Shown: positions 18,563-28,589, numbered from the stretch's first letter. The stretch: DNA of 38,670 nucleotides from an uncultured Candidatus Saccharibacteria bacterium (GCA_964559575.1 CAZLGQ010000003.1:1-38670), one strand, 5' to 3'. The notes: generated by a model from the sequence alone, not told the origin. Translations and numbers: made by a program.

Positions 18563-20746
18563 ATGTCCAAAACAGATAAAAAACTTGTGATAGTAGAGTC
18601 CCCGGCTAAAGAAAAAACCATCTCAAAATATTTGGGAGATGGTTTTATAGTCAGATCATCCGTGGGACATATAAGAGATCTGCCAAAAAGCAATAAAAAT
18701 GCCATTGATATTGAAAATGGTTTTATTCCTAATTATGAAATAGTTCCCTCAAAAAAAGATGTGGTTGAAAAGATAAAGTCATCTGCCAAAAAAGTTAACG
18801 AGGTTCTTTTGGCCACTGACCCCGACAGAGAAGGAGAAGCTATAGCTTGGCACATAAAAGAAGCTGCCGATCTAAAAAATACCAAAAGAGTGGTATTTAA
18901 TGAGATAACTAAAGAAGCGGTAAAAGAAGCTTTAAATAATCCAAGAGATATAGACGAAGATCTAAAAGAAGCTCAAGAAGCAAGACGTGTATTGGATCGT
19001 CTTTTTGGTTACGATCTTTCTTCTTTTATATGGAAAAAAGTGAGATATGGATTATCTGCAGGTAGAGTTCAATCTCCGGCACTTAGAATATTGGCTGAAA
19101 GAGAACGGGAAATAGAATCTTTTATCTCTGAAAAGTATTGGAGTATTTTTGCAGAGCTAGAAACAGAAAATAAAGAATGCTGTACCTTCAAATGTTCTGA
19201 AGAACCCAGAGATCCGGAGAAAGTAAACTTTATATTAGAAATCGGAAAGAATAAAAAATGGTACGTAAAAGATATTAAAGAAAAAACAGTAAAAAGAAAA
19301 CCCAACCCTCCATTTATAACTTCAACTCTTCAAAGAACAGCAAGTTCAAGACTAGGTTTTAGTCCTTCAAAAACAATGTCTGTGGCTCAGAAACTTTACG
19401 AGGCAGGACTTATAACATACATGAGAACCGACAGTACCGCCTTGTCTTCTCAAGCAATAGGACAGATAAGTTCAGTTGTAGAAAAAAAATTCAAAAAAGA
19501 ACTTTTGTCTATAAGAACATTTAAAACAAAAAGTAAAAATGCTCAAGAAGCTCATGAAGCAATAAGACCAACTAACTGTATTAAAGAAACAGCAGGAAGA
19601 ACTCCCGAACAGAAGAAACTATATGAACTTATATGGCAAAGAACAGTAGCTTCACAAATGAAAGAAGCAGAGATAAAACAAGTTAAAATAACCGCTCAAA
19701 CAAAAGAAAAAGAAGAGATCCCTGATTTTAATGTAAATGGAAATCAGATCATGTCTGAAGGATGGCTTAGGGCAGATCCCAGATCAAAAGGAGAGGAAAT
19801 TGAACTTCCTAAAACGAATATCGGCGAAGATCTTTCTCTTATAGACATAACAACTGAAGAAAAAGAAACTCAACCGCCTTCCAGATACTCGGAAGCAGGT
19901 CTCATTAAGGAATTGGAAAAAAGAGGAATAGGTAGACCTTCAACCTATGCTTCAATTATCAAAACACTTCAAGACAGAAGTTATGTTGAAAAGATAAACA
20001 GATCACTAAAACCTACCGATACCGGAATGGTGGTAAGTTCTTTTTTAGAAAAAAATTTTAACTCATATATTTCAGATTCCTTTACCGCAAAAATGGAAAA
20101 TGATCTTGATAGTATTGCTCAAGGAAAGAAAAAATACTTGGATATCCTTAATGAATTCTATACTCCTTTTAAAAAAGGAATATCTTCAAAAGATTCCATA
20201 GAAAAGATAACAAATTTAGGAGAAGCGGGAGATGAATATAAATGTCCAAAGTGTAAAAGTAATATGATAATAAAACTGGGAAGAGGTGGAAAGTTCCTTT
20301 CGTGTTCAAACTTTCCAAACTGTGATGGATCTTTAACTATTGATGGTAAAGAGATAAATGGTGATACTCCTATTGGACAACATTCAGAAACCGGAGAAGA
20401 TGTTTATCTTCTAACAGGAAGATACGGACCTTATGTTCAACTTGGAAAAAACTCAGATAAAAAAGAAAAACCCAAAAGAGCAAGTGTGCCTAAAGACAAA
20501 GATCCGGAAAAAGTAACATTAGAAGATGCTGAAACATACTTATCTCTTCCAAGGAATCTTGGGAACCATCCTGAAACCGAAAAACCAATAAAAGCAAGTT
20601 CGGGACGTTTTGGTCCTTATGTTGTCCATGATGGTGTTTATGCTTCCCTAAAAAAAGATGACGATGTTTATAAAATAGACATAAAAAGAGCACTGGAACT
20701 ATTAAAAGAAAAAGAGGAAAGAAAAAACAAGAAAAACAAAAAGTAG
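18563..20746 (+). CDS. topA: DNA topoisomerase I
   Basis: IVESPAK, ATDPDREGE, SAGRVQS, ITYMRTD (active Tyr), AHEAIRP and GIGRPSTY. Confidence 0.98.
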   Translation: MSKTDKKLVIVESPAKEKTISKYLGDGFIVRSSVGHIRDLPKSNKNAIDIENGFIPNYEIVPSKKDVVEKIKSSAKKVNEVLLATDPDREGEAIAWHIKEAADLKNTKRVVFNEITKEAVKEALNNPRDIDEDLKEAQEARRVLDRLFGYDLSSFIWKKVRYGLSAGRVQSPALRILAEREREIESFISEKYWSIFAELETENKECCTFKCSEEPRDPEKVNFILEIGKNKKWYVKDIKEKTVKRKPNPPFITSTLQRTASSRLGFSPSKTMSVAQKLYEAGLITYMRTDSTALSSQAIGQISSVVEKKFKKELLSIRTFKTKSKNAQEAHEAIRPTNCIKETAGRTPEQKKLYELIWQRTVASQMKEAEIKQVKITAQTKEKEEIPDFNVNGNQIMSEGWLRADPRSKGEEIELPKTNIGEDLSLIDITTEEKETQPPSRYSEAGLIKELEKRGIGRPSTYASIIKTLQDRSYVEKINRSLKPTDTGMVVSSFLEKNFNSYISDSFTAKMENDLDSIAQGKKKYLDILNEFYTPFKKGISSKDSIEKITNLGEAGDEYKCPKCKSNMIIKLGRGGKFLSCSNFPNCDGSLTIDGKEINGDTPIGQHSETGEDVYLLTGRYGPYVQLGKNSDKKEKPKRASVPKDKDPEKVTLEDAETYLSLPRNLGNHPETEKPIKASSGRFGPYVVHDGVYASLKKDDDVYKIDIKRALELLKEKEERKNKKNKK

Positions 20747-20757
20747 CTTTTAAAATA

Positions 20758-20787
20758 TTGCCAAAAACCTACAAAAGATAGTATAAT
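20758..20787 (+). promoter_or_regulatory. sigma70 promoter of rel (leaderless)
   Basis: TTGCCA-18-TATAAT, ending 6 nt before the ATG at 20794. Confidence 0.6.
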
Positions 20788-20793
20788 TTCTTA

Positions 20794-22329
20794 ATGTCTG
20801 ACCCTAAAGAAATAATAAACTTGATATCATCTCCAAGTTCTAAAGAAATAGAGATGATAAAAAAGGCTTACTATTTTGCAGAAAAATATCATGAAGGATA
20901 TGAGCGTCTTTCCGGTGAACCTTATTTCACACATGTTTTTGAAACCACGAAAATACTTGCAGAATTGGGCTTAAGAGGTAAAACACTTATTGCCGGTATA
21001 CTCCATGATGTCATAGAAGACAGTGGAGCCGAACCTGAAGAAATAAAAGAAAAATTCGGGGAAGAAGTTCTTTCTTTAGTAGAAGGAGTTACAAAACTTG
21101 GTAAGGTAAGATATCACGGATTAGATAGACACAATGAAAGTTTACGGAAGTTATTTGTAGCAACAGCTAAAGACATACGTGTAATAATAATAAAACTGGC
21201 AGACAGACTACATAATATAAGAACATTAGAACATATTCCGGAAAAAAAACAGGTTCGTATAGCCAAAGAGACCTTGGATATATATGCACCCATTGCTTAC
21301 AGATTAGGTATTCAACGTCTTCATAAAGAACTTGAAGATGGTGCTTTTTCTTATGTTTACCCCGAAGAGTATAAAGAAATAAAAGAACTATTTGATAAAC
21401 AGAAGGCAATTAAAGAAGAAAGTTTGACCAAGTTTCATAGATCTATAATAAAAGAAATGACGAAACAAAATATTAAATTAATCAGAGCAGATTATAGAAT
21501 AAAAGGTCTGTACAGTCTTTATCTTAAGTATCTTAGAAAAGATAAAGATATAAGTAAAATATATGACATCTTAGCCATAAGACTTATAGTGCCTTCGGTA
21601 TCAGACTGTTACAGAGCTCTCGGTGTGGTACATGGAACATGGAGACCTATGCCCAACAGAATAAAAGACTACATATCCTTTCAAAAACCTAATGGATACC
21701 AAAGTCTTCACACAACTGTATTCACGGGAGATGGCAGTATTTCTGAAATACAAATAAAAACAGAAGAAATGAATCGTGAGGCTGAATACGGAATAGCTTC
21801 TCATATTGCCTACAAAGAAGGTTCTATAAAAGGAAAAAGTTGGATATCCGCACTTATGCCCTTTAGTTGGACAAAAGAAGAAACTGAAGATAAAGCAACA
21901 AAACTCACAGAAACTGAAAAAGCTCCATATTGGCTTAGAGATATACTTAAAGATGACTCGTCATCTGAAGATACCTCAAACTTTGTAGATTCACTTAAAG
22001 GAGATCTTTTTGAATACAGAATATTTGTATTTACTCCCAAAGGAGACGTAATAGATCTTCCTATAAACGCTTCACCTATAGATTTTGCTTATGCTATCCA
22101 TTCCGACATTGGAGATAAAACATTCGGTGCTAAAGTAAACGATAAAATGGTAGCTTTAAGTAAAGAACTTAAAAACGGAGACACTGTTGAAATACAAACC
22201 CGATCCGGAAGTAAACCTTCCGAAAAATGGTTAAGATATGCAAAAACTTCTTTAGCTCAAAGAAAAATACGACAGGCTTTATCTAAAAACACCAAAGATT
22301 CAAACATGTATCCAAATAAGAAAAAATAA
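20794..22329 (+). CDS. rel: RelA/SpoT (p)ppGpp synthetase/hydrolase (HD-SYNTH-TGS, no ACT)
   Basis: LHDVIED, KLADRLHN, RIKD, GYQSLHT, EIQIKT and TGS motif FTPKG...DFAYAIH. Confidence 0.93.
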   Translation: MSDPKEIINLISSPSSKEIEMIKKAYYFAEKYHEGYERLSGEPYFTHVFETTKILAELGLRGKTLIAGILHDVIEDSGAEPEEIKEKFGEEVLSLVEGVTKLGKVRYHGLDRHNESLRKLFVATAKDIRVIIIKLADRLHNIRTLEHIPEKKQVRIAKETLDIYAPIAYRLGIQRLHKELEDGAFSYVYPEEYKEIKELFDKQKAIKEESLTKFHRSIIKEMTKQNIKLIRADYRIKGLYSLYLKYLRKDKDISKIYDILAIRLIVPSVSDCYRALGVVHGTWRPMPNRIKDYISFQKPNGYQSLHTTVFTGDGSISEIQIKTEEMNREAEYGIASHIAYKEGSIKGKSWISALMPFSWTKEETEDKATKLTETEKAPYWLRDILKDDSSSEDTSNFVDSLKGDLFEYRIFVFTPKGDVIDLPINASPIDFAYAIHSDIGDKTFGAKVNDKMVALSKELKNGDTVEIQTRSGSKPSEKWLRYAKTSLAQRKIRQALSKNTKDSNMYPNKKK

Positions 22330-22340
22330 AAAAATCTTAT

Positions 22341-24185
22341 TTAAATAGTAAAATTACGAACCGAGTATAGATCATCATCTTCTGAAGAAGTATCTTCATC
22401 AGAGGTTTTTTCTTCGTTTAATGACAAATCATTGGAAAGTTCAGTTTTTTCTTCCTGAAGATGATTCTCTTCTTTTTTATTAGCTTCTTCTTGATCTGTA
22501 GATACAGGTGTTGGGACTTCTTCAGTATGAGAAGTGTTTTCATTTAAGTCCGAAGAACTATTTTCGTCAGAGGTTTTTTCTTCGTTTAATGACAAATCAT
22601 CGGAAAGTTCGGTTTTTTCTTCCTGAACATGATTCTCTTCTTTTTGAACTTTATCCTGAATCTCTTCCTGATCTGTAAAGGTAGGAGTTAAAGTTTCTTC
22701 AGTGTAAGAGGTACTTTCTTTTAAGTCAGAAGAAGTTTCTTCATTTTCCAAATAGTTATCATTAAAAGTATCCCTAACCTGTTCATCTTGATCTTTTTGT
22801 GGTATTTCAGGATCTTTTTCTTCGTTTATATGATTAGGACCTGTTTCTTTATTTTCTTCTTGATCAATATTTTTTTCAACATCTTCAGAATTAAAACCTG
22901 ATCGTTCTTCATTATCGGTATCTTTTCTTTCATTTTCATTTAAAACAACTCCTTTACCAGAAGTATTCTCTTCATAAGAAGAAACATCATTTAAAGATCC
23001 AGATCTTTCTTCTTGTGAAATATTTTCTTCTTTTTGAACTTTCTCTTGAACCTCTTCTTCATCTACAGTGGGAGTTATAGCTTCTTTTACATCCGAAGAA
23101 CTATTTTCATCAGAGGTTTTTTCTTCGTTAGATGATATGCTATTAATAAGTTCAGCTTTTTCTTCTTGTAAAATACTTTCTTCTCTTTGAACTTTCTCTT
23201 GAACCTCTTCTTCCTGAACTGTATCCTCTTCTTTTTTATTATCTTCTTCTTGATCTGTAGATATGGGGGTTGGAGCCTCTTCAGGAGGAACGCTATTTTC
23301 ATTTTCCATTCTTTCCGTAGCTTCTAGAAAATTCTCTAACATCGGAGCATTTCCTTCTTTTTTGTAATGAACCAAAACCTTCAATAGAGTATGTAGATCC
23401 TCTTCAGAAAAGTAATCTATAGAAACCTTCCCACCAACTTCTTTGGTTTCTATATTAACCCTAGTTCCCAAAGACTCGGTAAACTTCTTTTCAAGTTCCT
23501 CAATTTCCGGATTTACTTTAACAGGTTTACGAACTCTTTCTTTAGCTATCTTCTTAGCTATACGTTCAGCTTCTCTAACAGATATTTTTTTATAAATTAT
23601 CTCTTTAAAAAGAGTCTGTCGTTCACTTGGTCTATCTACAAGCATTAAAAGAGGTCTTGCATGACCTTCCGATATTTTACCGGAACTTAAAGCATCTAAA
23701 ATATCATCCGGTAAAGAAAGGATCCTCATCGTATTACTCACATACTCTCTACTCTTACCTACTTTTCTTGCGATCTGTGCCTTATTAAAAGAAAACTCTT
23801 TAGCTAATTTTTCAAAAGCCCTTGCCCTTTCCACAACATTTAGATCTTCTCTTTGGAGATTCTCTATAATAGCAAGCTCCAATTTCATCAGATCGCTCTC
23901 TTCCCCACTTCTTATTAAAACAGGAACCTCTTTTATTCCGGCTAATTTGGAAGCCTTTAAACGACGCTCTCCGGATATAAGTTCATACTCAACCGATAAA
24001 CCCCCATCATCTTTAGGAACTTCTTTACGAGTTACAACCAAAGCTTGTAAAACCCCATACTGTCTAATGGAATTGGCTAGACTTTGTAGTTCTTCTTCGT
24101 CAAAATCTTTTCTTGGCTGAAAAGGATTTGGACTGATCTTATCAACCTCAACCCAAAAAACTGAATTCTGATGAAAATATGACAT
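22341..24185 (-). CDS. parB: ParB/Spo0J partition protein with long acidic repetitive C-terminal extension
   Basis: PNPFQPR, GERRLKA, IENLQREDL, HTH VGKSREYVSN and ISEGHAR, followed by about 320 aa of E/D/S-rich tail. Confidence 0.92.
   Translation of the reverse strand: MSYFHQNSVFWVEVDKISPNPFQPRKDFDEEELQSLANSIRQYGVLQALVVTRKEVPKDDGGLSVEYELISGERRLKASKLAGIKEVPVLIRSGEESDLMKLELAIIENLQREDLNVVERARAFEKLAKEFSFNKAQIARKVGKSREYVSNTMRILSLPDDILDALSSGKISEGHARPLLMLVDRPSERQTLFKEIIYKKISVREAERIAKKIAKERVRKPVKVNPEIEELEKKFTESLGTRVNIETKEVGGKVSIDYFSEEDLHTLLKVLVHYKKEGNAPMLENFLEATERMENENSVPPEEAPTPISTDQEEDNKKEEDTVQEEEVQEKVQREESILQEEKAELINSISSNEEKTSDENSSSDVKEAITPTVDEEEVQEKVQKEENISQEERSGSLNDVSSYEENTSGKGVVLNENERKDTDNEERSGFNSEDVEKNIDQEENKETGPNHINEEKDPEIPQKDQDEQVRDTFNDNYLENEETSSDLKESTSYTEETLTPTFTDQEEIQDKVQKEENHVQEEKTELSDDLSLNEEKTSDENSSSDLNENTSHTEEVPTPVSTDQEEANKKEENHLQEEKTELSNDLSLNEEKTSDEDTSSEDDDLYSVRNFTI
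22385..23290 (-). repeat. Degenerate coding repeats in the ParB tail (closest pair has 168-bp period)
   Basis: agaggttttttcttcgtt recurs at 22401, 22569 and 23112; peptide unit resembles TDQEE..KKEENH.QEEKTELS.DLSLNEEKTSDE. Confidence 0.85.
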
Positions 24186-24375
24186 TTCAATAAAAAATTA
24201 TATTAAAAACCCCTTTTTATCTCTCAAGTAAAAGTTATTGTAACACAAAAAAATAACCATTTCATGTGAATTATTAAAACTCAATAACCCTATTATTCCA
24301 TTAACAAAAAAATAACAGCACTTAAGATCTTTTGATGCTTTATCTACTTTTTGTTACTATTCCAAACATAAGATC

Positions 24376-24774
24376 ATGCCTTCAAACACACCTAAAAAAA
24401 GTAAATATAAATTAAAGGTAAAACAAAGCAACAGCGGACTGGGTCTTTTTACCGAAGAAGAAATACCCAGATCAGAATTTATAATAGAATACTTTGGAAC
24501 TCACCTTTCATCAAAACAGGCTGATGAAAAAGGAGGAAAATATCTTTTTGAAATTAATAAAAATATAACCATAGATGGTAGTAGTCGTCTAAACTTGGCA
24601 AGATACATTAACCATTCATGTAAACCAAACAGTAGGGCTGTTCTTGAAGGAAAAAGAATATTTATATACTCCAAAAGAAAAATAAAGGCCGGAGAAGAGA
24701 TCAACTGCAACTACGGCAAAGACTACTACGAAAGAATAATTAAACCCATAGGTTGTAAATGTGGAAACCATTAA
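24376..24774 (+). CDS. SET-domain protein (putative lysine methyltransferase)
   Basis: GLGLF, IIEYFG, ARYINHSCKPN, GEEINCNYG and post-SET-like CKCGNH. Confidence 0.92.
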   Translation: MPSNTPKKSKYKLKVKQSNSGLGLFTEEEIPRSEFIIEYFGTHLSSKQADEKGGKYLFEINKNITIDGSSRLNLARYINHSCKPNSRAVLEGKRIFIYSKRKIKAGEEINCNYGKDYYERIIKPIGCKCGNH

Positions 24775-24801
24775 AAAGTTACTTTTACACTTTTTCAAAA
24801 C

Positions 24802-25719
24802 ATGAAAGAAAAAATAATTACCATTTTGGGACCAACTTCAACCGGAAAAAGTGATCTGGCTGTTGATGCTTCTCTTAACTATTCAGGGGAAGTAATATCG
24901 GCAGACTCAAGACAGGTATATAAGGGCTTAGATATTGGAACCGGAAAGATAATAAAAGAAGAAATGAAAAATGTTCCTCATCACATGCTTGATGTAGCTG
25001 ATCCCAAAGAAAGATTTACAGTAAAACAGTACAAAGAAATGGCAGAGAGATCCATTTTAGATATACATAAAAGAGGACTTTTACCTGTTGTGTGTGGTGG
25101 AACCGGATTCTATATTTCGGCTATTATTGATAAAATAGATTTTCCTGAAGTTCCTCCAAATAAAGACCTTAGAAAAAAATATCAAAATAAAAAAACAGAA
25201 GATCTTTTTCAAGAACTTAAAACCAAAGACCCCAAAAGAGCTGAAACTATAGATCCCTTAAACAGACACAGACTAATAAGATCTCTTGAAATAATAAAAC
25301 ATATAGGCTCAGTACCCGAGATATCTAAAAAGAAAAATACTTATCAAAATTTGATCATCGGTATTGATAGGGATTCAAAAGATCTAAAAGAAAAAATAAA
25401 AAAAAGATTACACCAACGACTTGAAAATGGCATGTTAGAAGAAGCTGTAAAATTAAACAAAGAAGGACTTTCCTTTGAAAGAATGGAGGAACTAGGATTG
25501 GAATACAGATTTATGGCAAGATATTTAAAGGGATATATATCCAAAGATGAAATGATCAGATCATTAGAAAATTCCATATGGCACTATGTAAAAAGACAGC
25601 GAACTTGGTTTAAAAAAGATAAAAGAATACTTTGGTTTCATCCGGATCAAAAAAAAGAGATATATAAAAAAGTAGAACAGTTTTATAAAGATAAAGACAC
25701 AAAAAAGAAAAAAGGTTAG
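24802..25719 (+). CDS. miaA: tRNA dimethylallyltransferase
   Basis: GPTSTGKS, SADSRQVY, DIGTGK, GGTGFY and KRQRTWF. Confidence 0.97.
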   Translation: MKEKIITILGPTSTGKSDLAVDASLNYSGEVISADSRQVYKGLDIGTGKIIKEEMKNVPHHMLDVADPKERFTVKQYKEMAERSILDIHKRGLLPVVCGGTGFYISAIIDKIDFPEVPPNKDLRKKYQNKKTEDLFQELKTKDPKRAETIDPLNRHRLIRSLEIIKHIGSVPEISKKKNTYQNLIIGIDRDSKDLKEKIKKRLHQRLENGMLEEAVKLNKEGLSFERMEELGLEYRFMARYLKGYISKDEMIRSLENSIWHYVKRQRTWFKKDKRILWFHPDQKKEIYKKVEQFYKDKDTKKKKG

Positions 25720-25747
25720 AATATATTAATAACTATTAGAATGTAAA

Positions 25748-26140
25748 ATGAAGATACTTTCCATATTTCCAAACTACATTTTATGGCACTACACAAAAGC
25801 TATAAGTTGTATTTTTTATATAATATTTCATTTTACCATCCATATTATTCACTTTTTTTCAATTCCTATTCTTCTTAAAACACTTTTTTCTCCTTGGAGA
25901 AAACTATCGGAAAATTACTCAAAAAGATTTGATCTGGTAGAAATACTTTCATCTTTTACTGTTAATACTACAATGAGACTTTTTGGGGCTATGTTTAGAA
26001 TAACCATAATAATAATGGGGTTACTTTTAACCTTGTCTTTTCTAATACTCGGATTGATATTTTTGATCTATTGGATAGTAATACCACTGTTATTGATATT
26101 TTTAATAGTATTCGGTTTTAACTTTTTATTTATTTTATAA
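25748..26140 (+). CDS. Hypothetical membrane protein ('WHY' paralog 1)
   Basis: Highly hydrophobic, with NYILWHYTK...FFSIPILLKTLFSPWR; stops 2 nt before the ATPase gene. Confidence 0.8.
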   Translation: MKILSIFPNYILWHYTKAISCIFYIIFHFTIHIIHFFSIPILLKTLFSPWRKLSENYSKRFDLVEILSSFTVNTTMRLFGAMFRITIIIMGLLLTLSFLILGLIFLIYWIVIPLLLIFLIVFGFNFLFIL

Positions 26141-26142
26141 AT

Positions 26143-28581
26143 ATGAATTTAGAAGAAATAAAAAGACACTCCAAAATATTTACTCCAGCTATTTTAATAG
26201 ATGGTCTTATTAAACATAAAAATCTAAGATTTTTAACTAAAAATCTTTTGATCATTTCTATTATTTTAATATTTATATCTATCTTACTTTTATTCCATAA
26301 AGAATTGTTTTCTGATCAAATTATTTTATACAAACATGAGATCTATGGTCTTTCCATGATATCTTTTGCTGTTTGGTCTATATCTTTTTGTATTTACTCT
26401 TTCTCAAACTACTTTAGAAACCTTGATATATCTCTTTCAAAGAAAGAAAGGTCACGTAAAAATATAAAAGTTTCTTTTGAATTAGCCAGTATTATACATC
26501 AAACAGAAGGTAAAGATCCGGCCACCGGATTTATAACATCCGACTTCGGAAAAAGTGTTTTTATAAGATGTGGAATACCTGAAGAAAAGTTAAAAACTTT
26601 TGTTTTAAATAAAGAAGATCTTAAAAGATCATTTGAAGTTAATGCAGACAAAGATATTATTACCGTTTATGATTATGTAACATCAATGTATGAAAATGAT
26701 GAATATTTCTCTGACTTCATTTTCAAACTTGGTCTTTCAAAAAAAGAATTTTTAGGAGCAATTAATTGGTTTGATAATATTTTTACAAAAATAAGAAAAG
26801 AAGACCGTTGGTGGAGTAAAGAGAATATATCAAAAATACAACCAATAGCTTCTGACTGGGCTTACGGAATAGCTTACGAACTTGAAAAATTCTCAGAACC
26901 TATAGAAAACTTAACTCCGGTTTCTGAATCATTAGAGAATTTTCATAAAAAAGACATTGACTCCTTAGAAAATGTCCTTTCAAGAAGCGAAGAGGCCAAT
27001 GCCATTTTAATAGGAGAAGAAGGATCCGGAAGAATGGCAGTGGTAGGAGGACTAACCTCAAGAATAAATACTGAAAAAACAAACAAAAGATTAATAAACA
27101 AAAAAATATTTGTTTTAAATACTGCAAAATTAATATCAAAAAACAAAAACAAAAACGACTTTGAAAAACAGATCATCAAAATAATGAACCAAACCGAAAA
27201 AGCCGGTAATATCATAATGGTAATTGATAACCTACCTTATTTTATAAAAAGCGCCGAATCTTTTAACAGTAATCTCATAAACTTAATTAACAGTTATCTT
27301 GTTGCACCTGATATTAAAATATTAGCTCTTAGTGATAAAAGTAATTTTCACAACATTCTAGAACCAAGCTCCGCCATTATGAGTAAATTTGAAAAGGTTA
27401 TTTTAGAAGATGTAAAAGAAGAAATACTAGTAACCGTTTTAGAGAAAAGTTTAATGAAACTGGAAAAGGAATACAAAATAATCTTTACCTTTCCGGCTTT
27501 ACTAAGTACCATAAACTCAGCTAAGAGATATTTCACATCAGGTGTTATGCCCGATAAAGCAATAGATCTTCTGGAAGAACTGGCTCCTTTTGTAGCATCT
27601 AAAAATAAAAAGATAGTAGAAAAAGAAGATGTTAATGATCTTGTAAAGAAAAAAACAGGTATTCCTGTTGGATCAATTTCTAAAAAAGAAAAAGATACTT
27701 TATCAAATCTTGAAGAAATTCTTCATAAAAGAATAGTAGGTCAAGATCAAGCTGTTGAAATTATAAGTAACGCACTTAAGAGAGCTCGATCAGGTATATC
27801 AAACCCGAACAAACCACTGGGGTCTTTTCTTTTTTTGGGACCCACCGGTGTTGGAAAAACAGAAACATCAAAAGCTTTAGCGGAAATATTTTTTGAAAGC
27901 TCAGACAATATGTCCAGATTAGATATGTCAGAATATCAAGGACCTGACGCTCTTAATCAGTTATTAGGTTCCTTTGAATCAAATAAAGCCGGAAAACTAT
28001 CATCTATCCTTAGAGAAAAACCTTATTCCGTCCTTCTGTTAGATGAGTTTGAAAAGGCTGACTCAGATGTTCAAAATTTATTTCTACAAACATTAGATGA
28101 AGGAACCTTTTCGGACTCATCAGGTAAGATGGTTAATGCCAGAAATTCAATAATCATAGCAACATCCAACGCCGGAAGTGACCTAATATGGAAATACAAA
28201 AAAAATAATGAGGATCTAAAAGAAAAGACCGATGATATTATAAACACAATAATAGAAAGAGGTACATTTAGCCCCGAACTTTTAAACAGGTTTGACGGTG
28301 TTATAGTTTTTCATCCACTTCAATTTGAACATTTAGAAAAAATAGCCTACCTTGAAATAACTAAATTAAAGAAAAGAATAAAAGAAAAAGGTGTAGATAT
28401 TAATATATCTAAAGAAGTTATTGATCATATTATTAAAAATGATCTAGACCCGAAATTTGGAGCTAGGTCTCTAAACAGAGCCATACAAGAAAAATTGGAA
28501 AAAGTTATTGCTGAAAAAATAATAACTAAAAATCCCAAACCAGGTTCGGTCCTAGACATAGGAATTGAAGATATAACTTAA
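26143..28581 (+). CDS. Membrane-anchored Clp/Hsp100-like double AAA+ ATPase with degenerate D1
   Basis: Two N-terminal TM helices; D1 GEEGSGRM and IDNL; PDKAIDLL; intact D2 [23 protein letters not shown] and GARSL. Confidence 0.9.
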   Translation: MNLEEIKRHSKIFTPAILIDGLIKHKNLRFLTKNLLIISIILIFISILLLFHKELFSDQIILYKHEIYGLSMISFAVWSISFCIYSFSNYFRNLDISLSKKERSRKNIKVSFELASIIHQTEGKDPATGFITSDFGKSVFIRCGIPEEKLKTFVLNKEDLKRSFEVNADKDIITVYDYVTSMYENDEYFSDFIFKLGLSKKEFLGAINWFDNIFTKIRKEDRWWSKENISKIQPIASDWAYGIAYELEKFSEPIENLTPVSESLENFHKKDIDSLENVLSRSEEANAILIGEEGSGRMAVVGGLTSRINTEKTNKRLINKKIFVLNTAKLISKNKNKNDFEKQIIKIMNQTEKAGNIIMVIDNLPYFIKSAESFNSNLINLINSYLVAPDIKILALSDKSNFHNILEPSSAIMSKFEKVILEDVKEEILVTVLEKSLMKLEKEYKIIFTFPALLSTINSAKRYFTSGVMPDKAIDLLEELAPFVASKNKKIVEKEDVNDLVKKKTGIPVGSISKKEKDTLSNLEEILHKRIVGQDQAVEIISNALKRARSGISNPNKPLGSFLFLGPTGVGKTETSKALAEIFFESSDNMSRLDMSEYQGPDALNQLLGSFESNKAGKLSSILREKPYSVLLLDEFEKADSDVQNLFLQTLDEGTFSDSSGKMVNARNSIIIATSNAGSDLIWKYKKNNEDLKEKTDDIINTIIERGTFSPELLNRFDGVIVFHPLQFEHLEKIAYLEITKLKKRIKEKGVDINISKEVIDHIIKNDLDPKFGARSLNRAIQEKLEKVIAEKIITKNPKPGSVLDIGIEDIT

Positions 28582-28589
28582 AAAGTAAT

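Noticed and set aside
22385-23290. Repeats considered as a CRISPR array or DGR template/variable pair
   Set aside because: They are in-frame, degenerate and irregularly spaced, with no unique spacers, no cas or reverse transcriptase genes, and no evident adenine-restricted mismatch pattern.
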